A stretch of DNA of 32,000 bases from Candidatus Hadarchaeota archaeon (lineage in GTDB: Archaea > Hadarchaeota > Hadarchaeia > Hadarchaeales > Hadarchaeaceae): positions 60,001 through 92,000 of the forward strand of contig CAZETV010000002.1 of NCBI GenBank assembly GCA_964514965.1, written 5' to 3'. Within the stretch, counting starts at the first letter, position 1; every line of letters starts with the position of its first letter. Shown piece after piece: positions 24,547 to 32,000 of this stretch. A program made the translations under genes and the position numbers. Below the pieces are notes generated by a model. It made no database searches. It was not told the origin of the DNA and saw only the letters and a program-made list of their open reading frames with translations.

Positions 24547-26460
24547 ATGTCTGCAAGCGCCATAATCCAAGAGATAATTCTAGAAAATTTCATGAGTTAC
24601 GAATATTCTAGAATCCCATTCAATCCGGGGCTCAACCTAGTTTGCGGTCCAAACGGCGCTGGAAAGTCATCAATTCTGCTCGCTCTAGCTGTGGCCCTTG
24701 GGCAGACCTACACCGAGCGCTCCCGTAAGCTCAGCGACCTCATCCGCCGGGGTAAGAATCTGGGACGAGTGAGCGTGGTGTTCGACAATTCCCCCCACAA
24801 TGGAAGGAGGCCCATCCCGAGCGTGAACTCTGATAGTCTAGTCCTTTCGCGCTATCTGAACCGCGACGGAACCTACTGGCATGAGGCCAATAACCGCACG
24901 ATAACGAAGGGCGAGGTGCTGCGGCTGCTCGGGCGGCTCTCGATAAACCCCGACAACATGCTCATCATCATGCACCAGAACATGATTGATGTGCTCGGGG
25001 CGATAGATGCACACGAGCGGCTAAAAATCATCGAGGAAGCGGTCGGGCTGCGCGAGTACCGGGAGCATATCCTCGAGGCGCGTGAGAAGCTTTCGCACAC
25101 CTTGAGCGAGGAGGAGTCGATTCGCAGCCTGCTCGAGAAAGCTCAAGAAACGTTGCGCTACTGGGAGGGCGAGTACGGGAGATTTCAGCGGAAGCAAGAG
25201 CTCGGAGAGCGGAAGCAGGAGCTAGAGCTGGAATACGCTTGGGCGAAATGTATCCGGCAGGAAGAGGCGGTCGGCAACCTTCAATCTAAACTCGACGGGC
25301 TAAAGTCAGAGCTGAGTGAGATCGAGGGCGAGCTGGAGCAAAACTCGAAACGTGGCGGGGAGCTTGAAAAAAAGTTGGGGGAACTTGGGTTTGAACTCGA
25401 TGCTGCCTATCAAAAGCTCATCACCCAAGAACGGGCACAAGCCGAAGCGGGGGCACGCGCCAAGCTCATTGAGAGTTTCAACACATCCATACGCTCGGTG
25501 GCCGAAGTTGGCTTGAGTGAATTGCTCGCACACCTCGAGGTCGAACTGGGGCGGGCGAAAGAAACCCTTAAAGAAGCCGGCGAGCGGGCGAATGAGGTGA
25601 AATCTGAACTCGTCAGGGGCAAGGGCGAACTCGAGAAAACCCAAGAAACTTACGTTAACTCCCGTATCCACACCGCCGTGCTGGGGTTCCGCCGCGAACT
25701 CCTAGAACGTGACATCTCAAGCGCTCAGTCCGAACTCAGGCGAGCACGCCGCGAGCTGGAACAACTGGAGAATGATGCCCAGCAATTGGGGACGCGGGTC
25801 GAGACCGAAAGAAAGCCCCAGGAAGTGCTCGATGAACTCAAACTCACCAACATCCAACTAGCCAGCTTAGCTGATGTCTCACCCGATGTCGAGAGGATGT
25901 ATCTAAACTACAAGGGTACACTCAAGGAACTCGAGGCAAAGGCCGAGGTAGCTGCAGCCAACCGTAAGCGGGCGCTCGATGAGCTGGAACTCAGAAAGCA
26001 GCGCTGGACCGATGAAACAAACAACCTTATACGTCAAGTTAAGGTGAACTACATCGAAATCCTGAAGCGAGTTAACGCGAGCGGTGATGTGATTCTGACG
26101 AACGCTCAAGATATCGACGAAGCAGGGATAGAGCTGTTCGTTGGTTTCAGGGGGTCCGAACCTCAGGTGCTGAACGCCTACACACAGAGCGGAGGGGAAC
26201 GAACGACTTCCCTAATGTGTTTTCTGCTGGCGCTGCAGCAACAAATTCAATCCCCCATCCGTGCAATCGACGAGTTTGAAGCCCATCTGGACCCACACAA
26301 TCGGGAGGCAATCCTGCAGGGGATTATAGAGTTCATGAAGGGCGGGGAGACGCAGTACATCGTGATCACCCCCGGACAGCTTTTCAACGTGAAAGGGATA
26401 CCAAACGTGATCACCGTTCAAAACATCGCGGGCTCATCTCAGGTGAAGGTGGCTGCTTGA
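24547..26460 (+). CDS. Short SMC-like ATPase with SMC5/6-like head motifs
   Basis: N terminus: IIQEIILENFMSYEY...LNLVCGPNGAGKSSILLALAVALG...ERSRKLSDLIRRG. About 380 aa of E/L/K/R coiled coil follows. C terminus: YTQSGGERTTSLMCFLLALQQQIQSPIRAIDEFEAHLDPHNREAIL. Confidence 0.85.
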   Translation: MSASAIIQEIILENFMSYEYSRIPFNPGLNLVCGPNGAGKSSILLALAVALGQTYTERSRKLSDLIRRGKNLGRVSVVFDNSPHNGRRPIPSVNSDSLVLSRYLNRDGTYWHEANNRTITKGEVLRLLGRLSINPDNMLIIMHQNMIDVLGAIDAHERLKIIEEAVGLREYREHILEAREKLSHTLSEEESIRSLLEKAQETLRYWEGEYGRFQRKQELGERKQELELEYAWAKCIRQEEAVGNLQSKLDGLKSELSEIEGELEQNSKRGGELEKKLGELGFELDAAYQKLITQERAQAEAGARAKLIESFNTSIRSVAEVGLSELLAHLEVELGRAKETLKEAGERANEVKSELVRGKGELEKTQETYVNSRIHTAVLGFRRELLERDISSAQSELRRARRELEQLENDAQQLGTRVETERKPQEVLDELKLTNIQLASLADVSPDVERMYLNYKGTLKELEAKAEVAAANRKRALDELELRKQRWTDETNNLIRQVKVNYIEILKRVNASGDVILTNAQDIDEAGIELFVGFRGSEPQVLNAYTQSGGERTTSLMCFLLALQQQIQSPIRAIDEFEAHLDPHNREAILQGIIEFMKGGETQYIVITPGQLFNVKGIPNVITVQNIAGSSQVKVAA

Positions 26461-26461
26461 A

Positions 26462-27253
26462 ATGCCGGGCGAACGCAAAGAACTGATGTTACGGATAATC
26501 GACCTCTGCGACACTGTGCGAAAGCGAGGAGTCGACCCCTTCGACGTTGAGGTTCGAGAGTTTTTTGACCGACTGCGGGAACTCCTCCCAAATCTGAAAA
26601 AGAATGAGGACCTTTATCTTGACATCCAAGCGGTGCTCGGGCTTGCCGATGTGGTGTTCCAGCAGGGCGAGTGGATCAAGCACAAGTCGTCGATGCTCTA
26701 CCTCGATCCCCTGCTGATTATGCTCAAGCTTCATGCCCTCCCGGCGCGAGAGCTTGCCGATGTCTTCGCGCGTTCATGGCACCCCATTGTGCAGATGGAG
26801 ACACTCTCGCCCCACGGCATTTCCGAGGCCAAGCAGTACTGGACTAATCTACCGAGCCTTGAAGAACGCTGGCGTGGGCTCGACACGACTGAGGTGTTTA
26901 CTGGGGAGATAGCCCGCCGAGAGCTCGTTCGCATGGGCATCCTTTCAGAGGAAGACTTCGCGGCGGTGCTTGATCAGACTTGGCGCGAGCTCAAGGAAGC
27001 GGTGGGGGAGCGGGGCGAAATCTCTTACTGGGATTTCATCCACAACCAGAGCTTCGAGGAAACCGTCAGGCGGGCATGGCTCGTGAGCTTCTTGGTGAGC
27101 TATGGCTACGCCACTCTCGAACTCAAGCCCCTTGAGGAGGAAATTTTGCTGAGACCGTTGCCCAAACCGCGAGAACTCGAACGTGTCACAACCTTCTCTG
27201 TCCCTATCGCTATTTCCCGTGACGAGTGGCTCAGGAGGCTAAAGGGTGGCTGA
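26462..27253 (+). CDS. Kleisin-like (ScpA/Nse4-like) subunit candidate
   Basis: Starts 1 nt after the SMC stop. The N-terminal helix region (RIIDLCDTVRKRGVDPFDVEVREFFDRLRELL) and the C-terminal WHD-like segment (FEETVRRAWLVSFLVSYGYATLELKPLEEEILLRPL) resemble ScpA-type kleisins. Confidence 0.55.
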   Translation: MPGERKELMLRIIDLCDTVRKRGVDPFDVEVREFFDRLRELLPNLKKNEDLYLDIQAVLGLADVVFQQGEWIKHKSSMLYLDPLLIMLKLHALPARELADVFARSWHPIVQMETLSPHGISEAKQYWTNLPSLEERWRGLDTTEVFTGEIARRELVRMGILSEEDFAAVLDQTWRELKEAVGERGEISYWDFIHNQSFEETVRRAWLVSFLVSYGYATLELKPLEEEILLRPLPKPRELERVTTFSVPIAISRDEWLRRLKGG

Positions 27254-27857
27254 GGAACCAGATGTCGCCGAGCTACGGGAAAAGCTGGCGCGGGCTGCAC
27301 AGCTCCTGCTCTACAAGCACCACATGCAACCGGGAGCCAAGGAATGGGAGCTCAGGCGCACTCTGGGCAGGGACTACGAGCAGATTCTGAAGCTTCTCGA
27401 CGCCGAATTCGATAAACTGGGGCTAAAAGTAAAGCGAGTGAGCGAGGGCGAGACCAGCTCGGAATCGGACAGATATTATGTCACGCTCCGAGGGCATCCG
27501 AGAGTGACCGAGACCCGAACCTTCGGGTGGCGGATTGATGACATGGCAATGCTCACCGTCGCGCTCGCCCACATCCTATCAAAACAGGGAAAAGCCCCCC
27601 TCAAAGAGGTCGAGCGAATGTTGGAGGAAAAATTCCCGCGCTGGCGCATCGAGTCGACTTTAGACCGGTTCATCCGGCGGGGCTACCTGTCGGAGGATGA
27701 TGAAGGGTTGCTCTACGTGGGGTGGCGCGCTCGGGCGGAAATCGACCAGCGAACTCTGCTCGGGTTGTTGTTGGGGAAAGAAGAGAAGCCTAACGAAGCT
27801 GAGGCCGAGCCGAAAGTCGAAACCAAGAAAGTAGAAGAAACTAAAGGAGATAGCTAA
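27246..27857 (+). CDS. KITE-type winged-helix protein (MAGE/Nse3-/ScpB-like) candidate
   Basis: AAQLLLYKHHMQPGAKEWELRRTLGRDYEQILKLLDAEFDKLGLKVKRV...RYYVTLRG parallels the MAGE-homology/Nse3 WH-A pattern. A second WH-like half and an acidic/lysine tail follow. It overlaps the kleisin gene by 8 nt. Confidence 0.5.
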   Translation: MAEEPDVAELREKLARAAQLLLYKHHMQPGAKEWELRRTLGRDYEQILKLLDAEFDKLGLKVKRVSEGETSSESDRYYVTLRGHPRVTETRTFGWRIDDMAMLTVALAHILSKQGKAPLKEVERMLEEKFPRWRIESTLDRFIRRGYLSEDDEGLLYVGWRARAEIDQRTLLGLLLGKEEKPNEAEAEPKVETKKVEETKGDS

Positions 27858-27902
27858 ATTTTTATCGTTTCAAAACGATTTACTTACAGTAGGAGACAAA
27901 TT

Positions 27903-28184
27903 ATGAAGCAAAAATGTGAAGATTGGGAAGGCGAAATGCCGCCCGGATTGGCTCCGAGGACCGCAGTTACAATTATGGTAGGCATCGGCTGGCTGATATT
28001 CCTCATATTATTCTTGGCATTTTACGCAGGAGGATTTAACATCTGGCAGAACATAGCAATCATGCTCGTGTCAATTCTCGTTGTGTGCGCGATACTCGGT
28101 CCGATGTGGGCTTATTGGGGAATTAAAACTGGCCGCGCTGCAGTTCGGAAGAGGAGAACGAGAAAGAGAAGAGTAAGGAAATAG
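27903..28184 (+). CDS. Small two-TM membrane protein with a basic C-terminal tail
   Basis: 93 aa with two hydrophobic helices and an RKRRTRKRRVRK tail. Confidence 0.4.
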   Translation: MKQKCEDWEGEMPPGLAPRTAVTIMVGIGWLIFLILFLAFYAGGFNIWQNIAIMLVSILVVCAILGPMWAYWGIKTGRAAVRKRRTRKRRVRK

Positions 28185-28206
28185 CTCCACTTTATCTCGA
28201 CAACAC

Positions 28207-31083
28207 TTACGCCAACCTGAATCGCCTGAACAAAGCTTCCCGCTCTTTTCGAAGCAGGAGCTCGAAAAATTTGCTTGACATCTTCTGCTCCTTTGCTAAT
28301 ATCTCCCCCGCGGCCGCTTGTGTGATTCCCTTACCAGCCAATGTTACAGCCGCGAGCTTTCCATATTGGCCGATAAGTTTAGCACTCCCCTGCAGTTCTT
28401 TCCAAGTCGGACTTTTCCTCCCTCGCTCCAAGAGTTCGATCGCCCGCCGGACCTCTTCAGCCGGCTTTTCGACCATCCCCAGCATCGTCGACCCACAGCG
28501 CGGACACTTCGGTTTTTCATCGAGTTCGTGGAGCTGGAGTTCCTTGACATGATCCTTGCATTGAGTGCACGCGAAGGTGCGGGCCTCGCTGAGCAGCCGC
28601 GCTTTGGTCGAGGCTATCGCCAGCAGCCTGAGGCGCTCGGGCATCATCGGCTCAAGAGCTAGGTAGCGCTTGCGCCACAACGCCAAGTTGGACACGGGGG
28701 TTGGCTCTTCCCGCTCCCCCAACGAGACCAGTTCTATTTCACCACTTCGAATACTTTCGAGCACCTCGAGCGTGCGCTTCAGATCGAGGTCCTTGCGCAC
28801 GACTTCCTTGAATGTTTCTTCAAATGCTGGCGTTCCTTTGAGGCCGCGCATTAGCTTATCGAGGGTCACGCTTGTGAGCTCTGCCTCGCGCTCGAGTACG
28901 CCCATCCGCCGGGCTATCTGCGCAAGGCGCCACCGGAAGAACCGGCTCTCCTCGATTATCACGCGGAGGTCCTTCTTGAGGTCCGTGCTGAACCCGCCGC
29001 GCAATATCTCGATCACACCTTTTGGCTCGAGTGTCTCCGAGTGGAGCAGGATCCGGTAGGGGTCAATTGAGGTTGCGGTTGTCTCCCCGAGCTCGGTCGA
29101 GGCCTTGTAGGCGAGCAGCCGGGCAAGCGTTCGGTTGACAAGTGTTCCAAAGCAAGCGTTGACGATACAGAGCTCCTTAACTTTTTCTACAGTTACCCGC
29201 CGATCCGTGGGCACGGGCAACACAGCTTTGACCTGCTTGTGGGTGTCGGAGATGGCGGGTTCCATCGTGTCACGCGAAACGCCGTACCGCCCCGCAAGCT
29301 CTCGGACGATTTCATCAAATTCTTTGCCTGCACGTGAAAACTCCTCAAGTTGGGCCCGGAGCTTGCCGGCCTCCTGCGCGACTGAGTAGGGCACAGGGAT
29401 TTCTTCGCCTATCCAAGTCGGAATCGCCCCGAGAGGGTCGTTGTCGGGCTTCACGTAGACTTTGTCCTTGAAGACCTGGAGCACCCGCCAGATCTCACCT
29501 CCTATCACAAATTTTACCCCGGGTTCGCCATACTCCGCAACGAAAGACTCGTCCAAAATCCCGACTGGCTGGTTACGCTCGTCGTTGATTACGAGGTACT
29601 GCCGGACTTCAGGAATCATCGAGAGGTTTCCGAAATAATAGTTGAAAACCCGTTCCGTCGCTCGCGGGCGTGCAAACTCTTTCCCATCCTCGGAGACCAG
29701 CGCTAACCGCTTTTCTAAACTCTGCGCGAACTGGAGCACCTCGAGCAAGTCCTCCCGCTTGAGGTTCCTGAACGGGTAAGCGCGCCGGAAAATTTCGTAA
29801 ACATCATCAACGCTTACTCTCCGCTGTACCACCATGATCGAAACCAGCGCATGGAGAAGCACGTCGAGGGGCTTCTCGGGAACGATAACGGGCTCAAGCT
29901 CTTGCCGATGAGACCGGTCGGCTATCACGATTGACTCGAGTGCGTCTTCCGGGTCTTGAACCATGATTACCCCTTTGGCCACCCCGCCTATCCTGTGGCC
30001 GCTCCGCCCGACTCGCTGGAGCAAGCGAGTGGCCTGGCGAGGAGAATTGTACTGGATAACTAGGTCTATTCGCCCGATGTCCAACCCTAGCTCCATGCTC
30101 GAAGTGCAGACGATCCCTTTGAGCTCACCCTGTTTCAGCCCTCGCTCGGACCGGAGCCTCGAGAAGCCCGACAGTGACCCATGGTGGACGCTGAGAGGAA
30201 AACGAATATCCCAGAGGCGGAAGCGACTCGCCAAGATTTCAGCGGTTGCGCGTGTGTTGGTGAAGACGAGCGTGGAACCGTGCTCTTCGATTAACTTTCG
30301 CATCGTGCGTAAACGGGCAGCAACTGGAGAGTAAGTGTAGAGTTCTGATGCCAGCCGTTCGTCGCGCTTGGTCGCTGCGGGGTAGAGGATATCCAGTTCC
30401 AACTCACGAACGACGCTAACATCTACAACCTCGCATGATCTATCCACACCTGCCAGAAATCTGGCGACCTCCTGCGGGGAACCAATTGTGGCGGAAAGCC
30501 CGATGAGCTGGAATTCTCCACCTTTGAGCTTGCGCAGCCTTTCGAGTGTGAGGGCAAGCTGTACCCCGCGCTTGTTGTCAGCCAGCTCGTGGACCTCGTC
30601 AATAATCACCCACCGCACGCTTCGCAGGTGCTGACTCAGTCTCCGGCCCATCAGGAATATCTGAAGGGTCTCAGGAGTGGTGATCAAAACATCTGGTGGG
30701 ATTAATGCCTGTGCTCGCCGCTCACGCGCCGCCGTGTCCCCGTGACGGACTGATATCCGTAGGTCGAGAGCACGACACCACCACTCCAGCCGCTCAAGCA
30801 TGTCACGGTTGAGGGCCCGAAGTGGAGTGATGTAGATTACCTTTATCCCACGTTCGCGCGTCTGTGATACCAAGAGTTGGTGTAGCACCGGTAAGAAAGA
30901 GGCTTCCGTCTTTCCCGTACCCGCTGGAGCAATCAGCAGAACATTTTTGCCTTCAAGGATTTTGGGAATTGCTCTGCTTTGTGGGTGGGTAGGCTCGGTG
31001 AATCCCCGCTCGGCCAGCAACTTTCGGATTGGTCTGGCCAGTGAATCAAACACGTTGGATTCGTCCGACGTTTTAAACCCCAT
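28207..31083 (-). CDS. lhr: Lhr-family ATP-dependent DNA helicase (DEAD/DEAH box) with a C-terminal zinc ribbon
   Basis: PTHPQSRAIPKILEGKNVLLIAPAGTGKTE, IIDEVHEL, GLSATIG and QRVGRSGHR, followed by a long Lhr-type WH/domain-4 region. CTQC...x17...CPRCG lies near the C terminus. Confidence 0.9.
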   Translation of the reverse strand: MGFKTSDESNVFDSLARPIRKLLAERGFTEPTHPQSRAIPKILEGKNVLLIAPAGTGKTEASFLPVLHQLLVSQTRERGIKVIYITPLRALNRDMLERLEWWCRALDLRISVRHGDTAARERRAQALIPPDVLITTPETLQIFLMGRRLSQHLRSVRWVIIDEVHELADNKRGVQLALTLERLRKLKGGEFQLIGLSATIGSPQEVARFLAGVDRSCEVVDVSVVRELELDILYPAATKRDERLASELYTYSPVAARLRTMRKLIEEHGSTLVFTNTRATAEILASRFRLWDIRFPLSVHHGSLSGFSRLRSERGLKQGELKGIVCTSSMELGLDIGRIDLVIQYNSPRQATRLLQRVGRSGHRIGGVAKGVIMVQDPEDALESIVIADRSHRQELEPVIVPEKPLDVLLHALVSIMVVQRRVSVDDVYEIFRRAYPFRNLKREDLLEVLQFAQSLEKRLALVSEDGKEFARPRATERVFNYYFGNLSMIPEVRQYLVINDERNQPVGILDESFVAEYGEPGVKFVIGGEIWRVLQVFKDKVYVKPDNDPLGAIPTWIGEEIPVPYSVAQEAGKLRAQLEEFSRAGKEFDEIVRELAGRYGVSRDTMEPAISDTHKQVKAVLPVPTDRRVTVEKVKELCIVNACFGTLVNRTLARLLAYKASTELGETTATSIDPYRILLHSETLEPKGVIEILRGGFSTDLKKDLRVIIEESRFFRWRLAQIARRMGVLEREAELTSVTLDKLMRGLKGTPAFEETFKEVVRKDLDLKRTLEVLESIRSGEIELVSLGEREEPTPVSNLALWRKRYLALEPMMPERLRLLAIASTKARLLSEARTFACTQCKDHVKELQLHELDEKPKCPRCGSTMLGMVEKPAEEVRRAIELLERGRKSPTWKELQGSAKLIGQYGKLAAVTLAGKGITQAAAGEILAKEQKMSSKFFELLLRKEREALFRRFRLA

Positions 31084-31161
31084 GAACTTTTAGTCGGCTT
31101 TACTTATCAGTCTTGATTGCCAAATGGTGGTTTCACCCGTATGTGAATCGGGTCTTTAAAC

Positions 31162-31689
31162 CTAGCGGTAAGCGGCGCCCAGGTCCAACTTCCGGCGCAG
31201 CTCATCGAGTTTCAATTTCAGTTCAATATCTATCTTTCGCTGCTTCCCCGGGAGGAGACCTCTTAGATGCTCGGTCGACTCCTGATAGCGACCCATGCCC
31301 GCCGCGACAATCGCCCGATTCCTGAACTTGGGGTGAGAAGAAATCAGCCCGAAAGGCATTGGCAACCCTTCCTCCATGAGCTCGCGAATTTCATCGTCCA
31401 CCTTCCGAGCGGCCACCCGCGCCCCAGCACCGACCATCTCGTAAGGACTTTTTAACTCGCCCTTGATCTGCCAGATACCCACATCTGGGCCGTAAAAGAA
31501 GAGGTCTCTGTAGCCGTAATCATCACCACCAGTTAAAACCCGCCACTTGTTTTGAAGCTTGGGGAACTGCCTGTAGCGCTTGCGCATTTCCTCCATAATC
31601 TTCGATAGTGAACTAACATCCACGTTATCACCAGTATCGCACCTTGAAGTCTGAAAACCCGCCACGATAATTTTCCCATTCGACATCAA
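31162..31689 (-). CDS. Hypothetical protein
   Basis: 175-aa ORF. The first 62 nt overlap acyP in another frame, so an internal start (MEEMRKRY, about 31596) is plausible. Confidence 0.4.
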   Translation of the reverse strand: MMSNGKIIVAGFQTSRCDTGDNVDVSSLSKIMEEMRKRYRQFPKLQNKWRVLTGGDDYGYRDLFFYGPDVGIWQIKGELKSPYEMVGAGARVAARKVDDEIRELMEEGLPMPFGLISSHPKFRNRAIVAAGMGRYQESTEHLRGLLPGKQRKIDIELKLKLDELRRKLDLGAAYR

Positions 31690-31906
31690 CTTTGCTGACC
31701 GTGGCTCCAGAAGGACCGTGATTGCAAAAGTTCAGCACTCGCTCCACCGCATCCTTTTCGCCCTCGAACACCGCTTCGACTCGACCATCGTGTGTGTTTC
31801 TAACCCAACCGTGAACACCGAGTTGCTGCGCCAATTCTCGAGTGTAATATCTGAAAGAAACGCCCTGAACCATTCCAGATATCAGCACGTGGGCCCTCGC
31901 TTTCAT
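31628..31906 (-). CDS. acyP: Acylphosphatase
   Basis: HVLISGMVQGVSFRYYTRELAQQLGVHGWVRNTHDGRVEAVFEG...GPSGATVSKVDVEW is the canonical acylphosphatase signature. Confidence 0.9.
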   Translation of the reverse strand: MKARAHVLISGMVQGVSFRYYTRELAQQLGVHGWVRNTHDGRVEAVFEGEKDAVERVLNFCNHGPSGATVSKVDVEWENYRGGFSDFKVRYW

Positions 31907-32000
31907 TAAAATCCCATTTCAATTATGTGCGGCCTAACAAAAAATTGTTGCTCAAGAGGTAAACTTCATCTGCGCCAATTGATTTTCGATTTCCTACCTC

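Noticed and set aside
24547-27857. Classifying the SMC-like operon as Wadjet (JetABCD), Lamassu or MukBEF
   Set aside because: The gene order is SMC-kleisin-KITE rather than kleisin-KITE-SMC. No JetD/Toprim nuclease or LmuA-type effector is adjacent. The SMC is far shorter than JetC/MukB, and the composition is host-like. The head motifs look SMC5/6-like instead.
31628-31689. Genuine 62-nt coding overlap between acyP and the downstream 175-aa ORF
   Set aside because: It is more likely an over-extended ORF. An internal Met (about 31596) would remove the overlap. No evidence is available to decide.
1-32000. CRISPR arrays, rRNA and tRNA genes
   Set aside because: No regularly spaced direct repeats and no cloverleaf-like or rRNA-like GC-rich structured segments were seen in any intergenic gap over 80 nt. 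Detection by eye is imperfect, so tRNAscan-SE/Infernal should confirm.

Overview
The window reads as an archaeal chromosomal segment. Supporting signs are NucS/EndoMS, deoxyhypusine synthase, an Lhr-type helicase, Hsp20, TTTATAAA-type TATA boxes about 25-45 nt upstream of starts, and short or absent leaders. Base composition is strongly mosaic. Most genes are ordinary housekeeping or accessory genes: HAD hydrolase, B3/B4-domain protein, CorA, a short MscS-like protein, nitroreductase, SixA, THUMP protein, acylphosphatase, and a RelE/RHH toxin-antitoxin pair. Four regions stand out. (1) An AT-rich island at about 12.33-18.32 kb carries a tightly coupled minus-strand operon. It encodes a PLD(HKD)-SF2 helicase fusion, an untracked 56-aa ORF, a DndD-like SMC/ABC ATPase interrupted by one frameshift in a T6/A6 run, and a roughly 140-aa protein reminiscent of Dnd-associated proteins. 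This operon converges on a B12-domain (class B) radical SAM gene, with the two stop codons 1 nt apart. No DndA/C/E, methyltransferase, integrase or tRNA is present. I consider it the best candidate for an uncharacterised defence or DNA-modification system. (2) A translationally coupled operon at 24.5-27.9 kb encodes a short, hinge-less SMC-like ATPase with SMC5/6-like head motifs, a kleisin-like protein and a MAGE/Nse3/ScpB-like KITE protein. (3) A heliorhodopsin gene has the retinal lysine and glutamate counterion conserved. (4) An 86-nt promoter-plus-5'-coding repeat brackets the RelE/RHH cassette. I saw no rRNA, tRNA or CRISPR array by eye. All homology calls come from motif recognition by eye, not from database searches.
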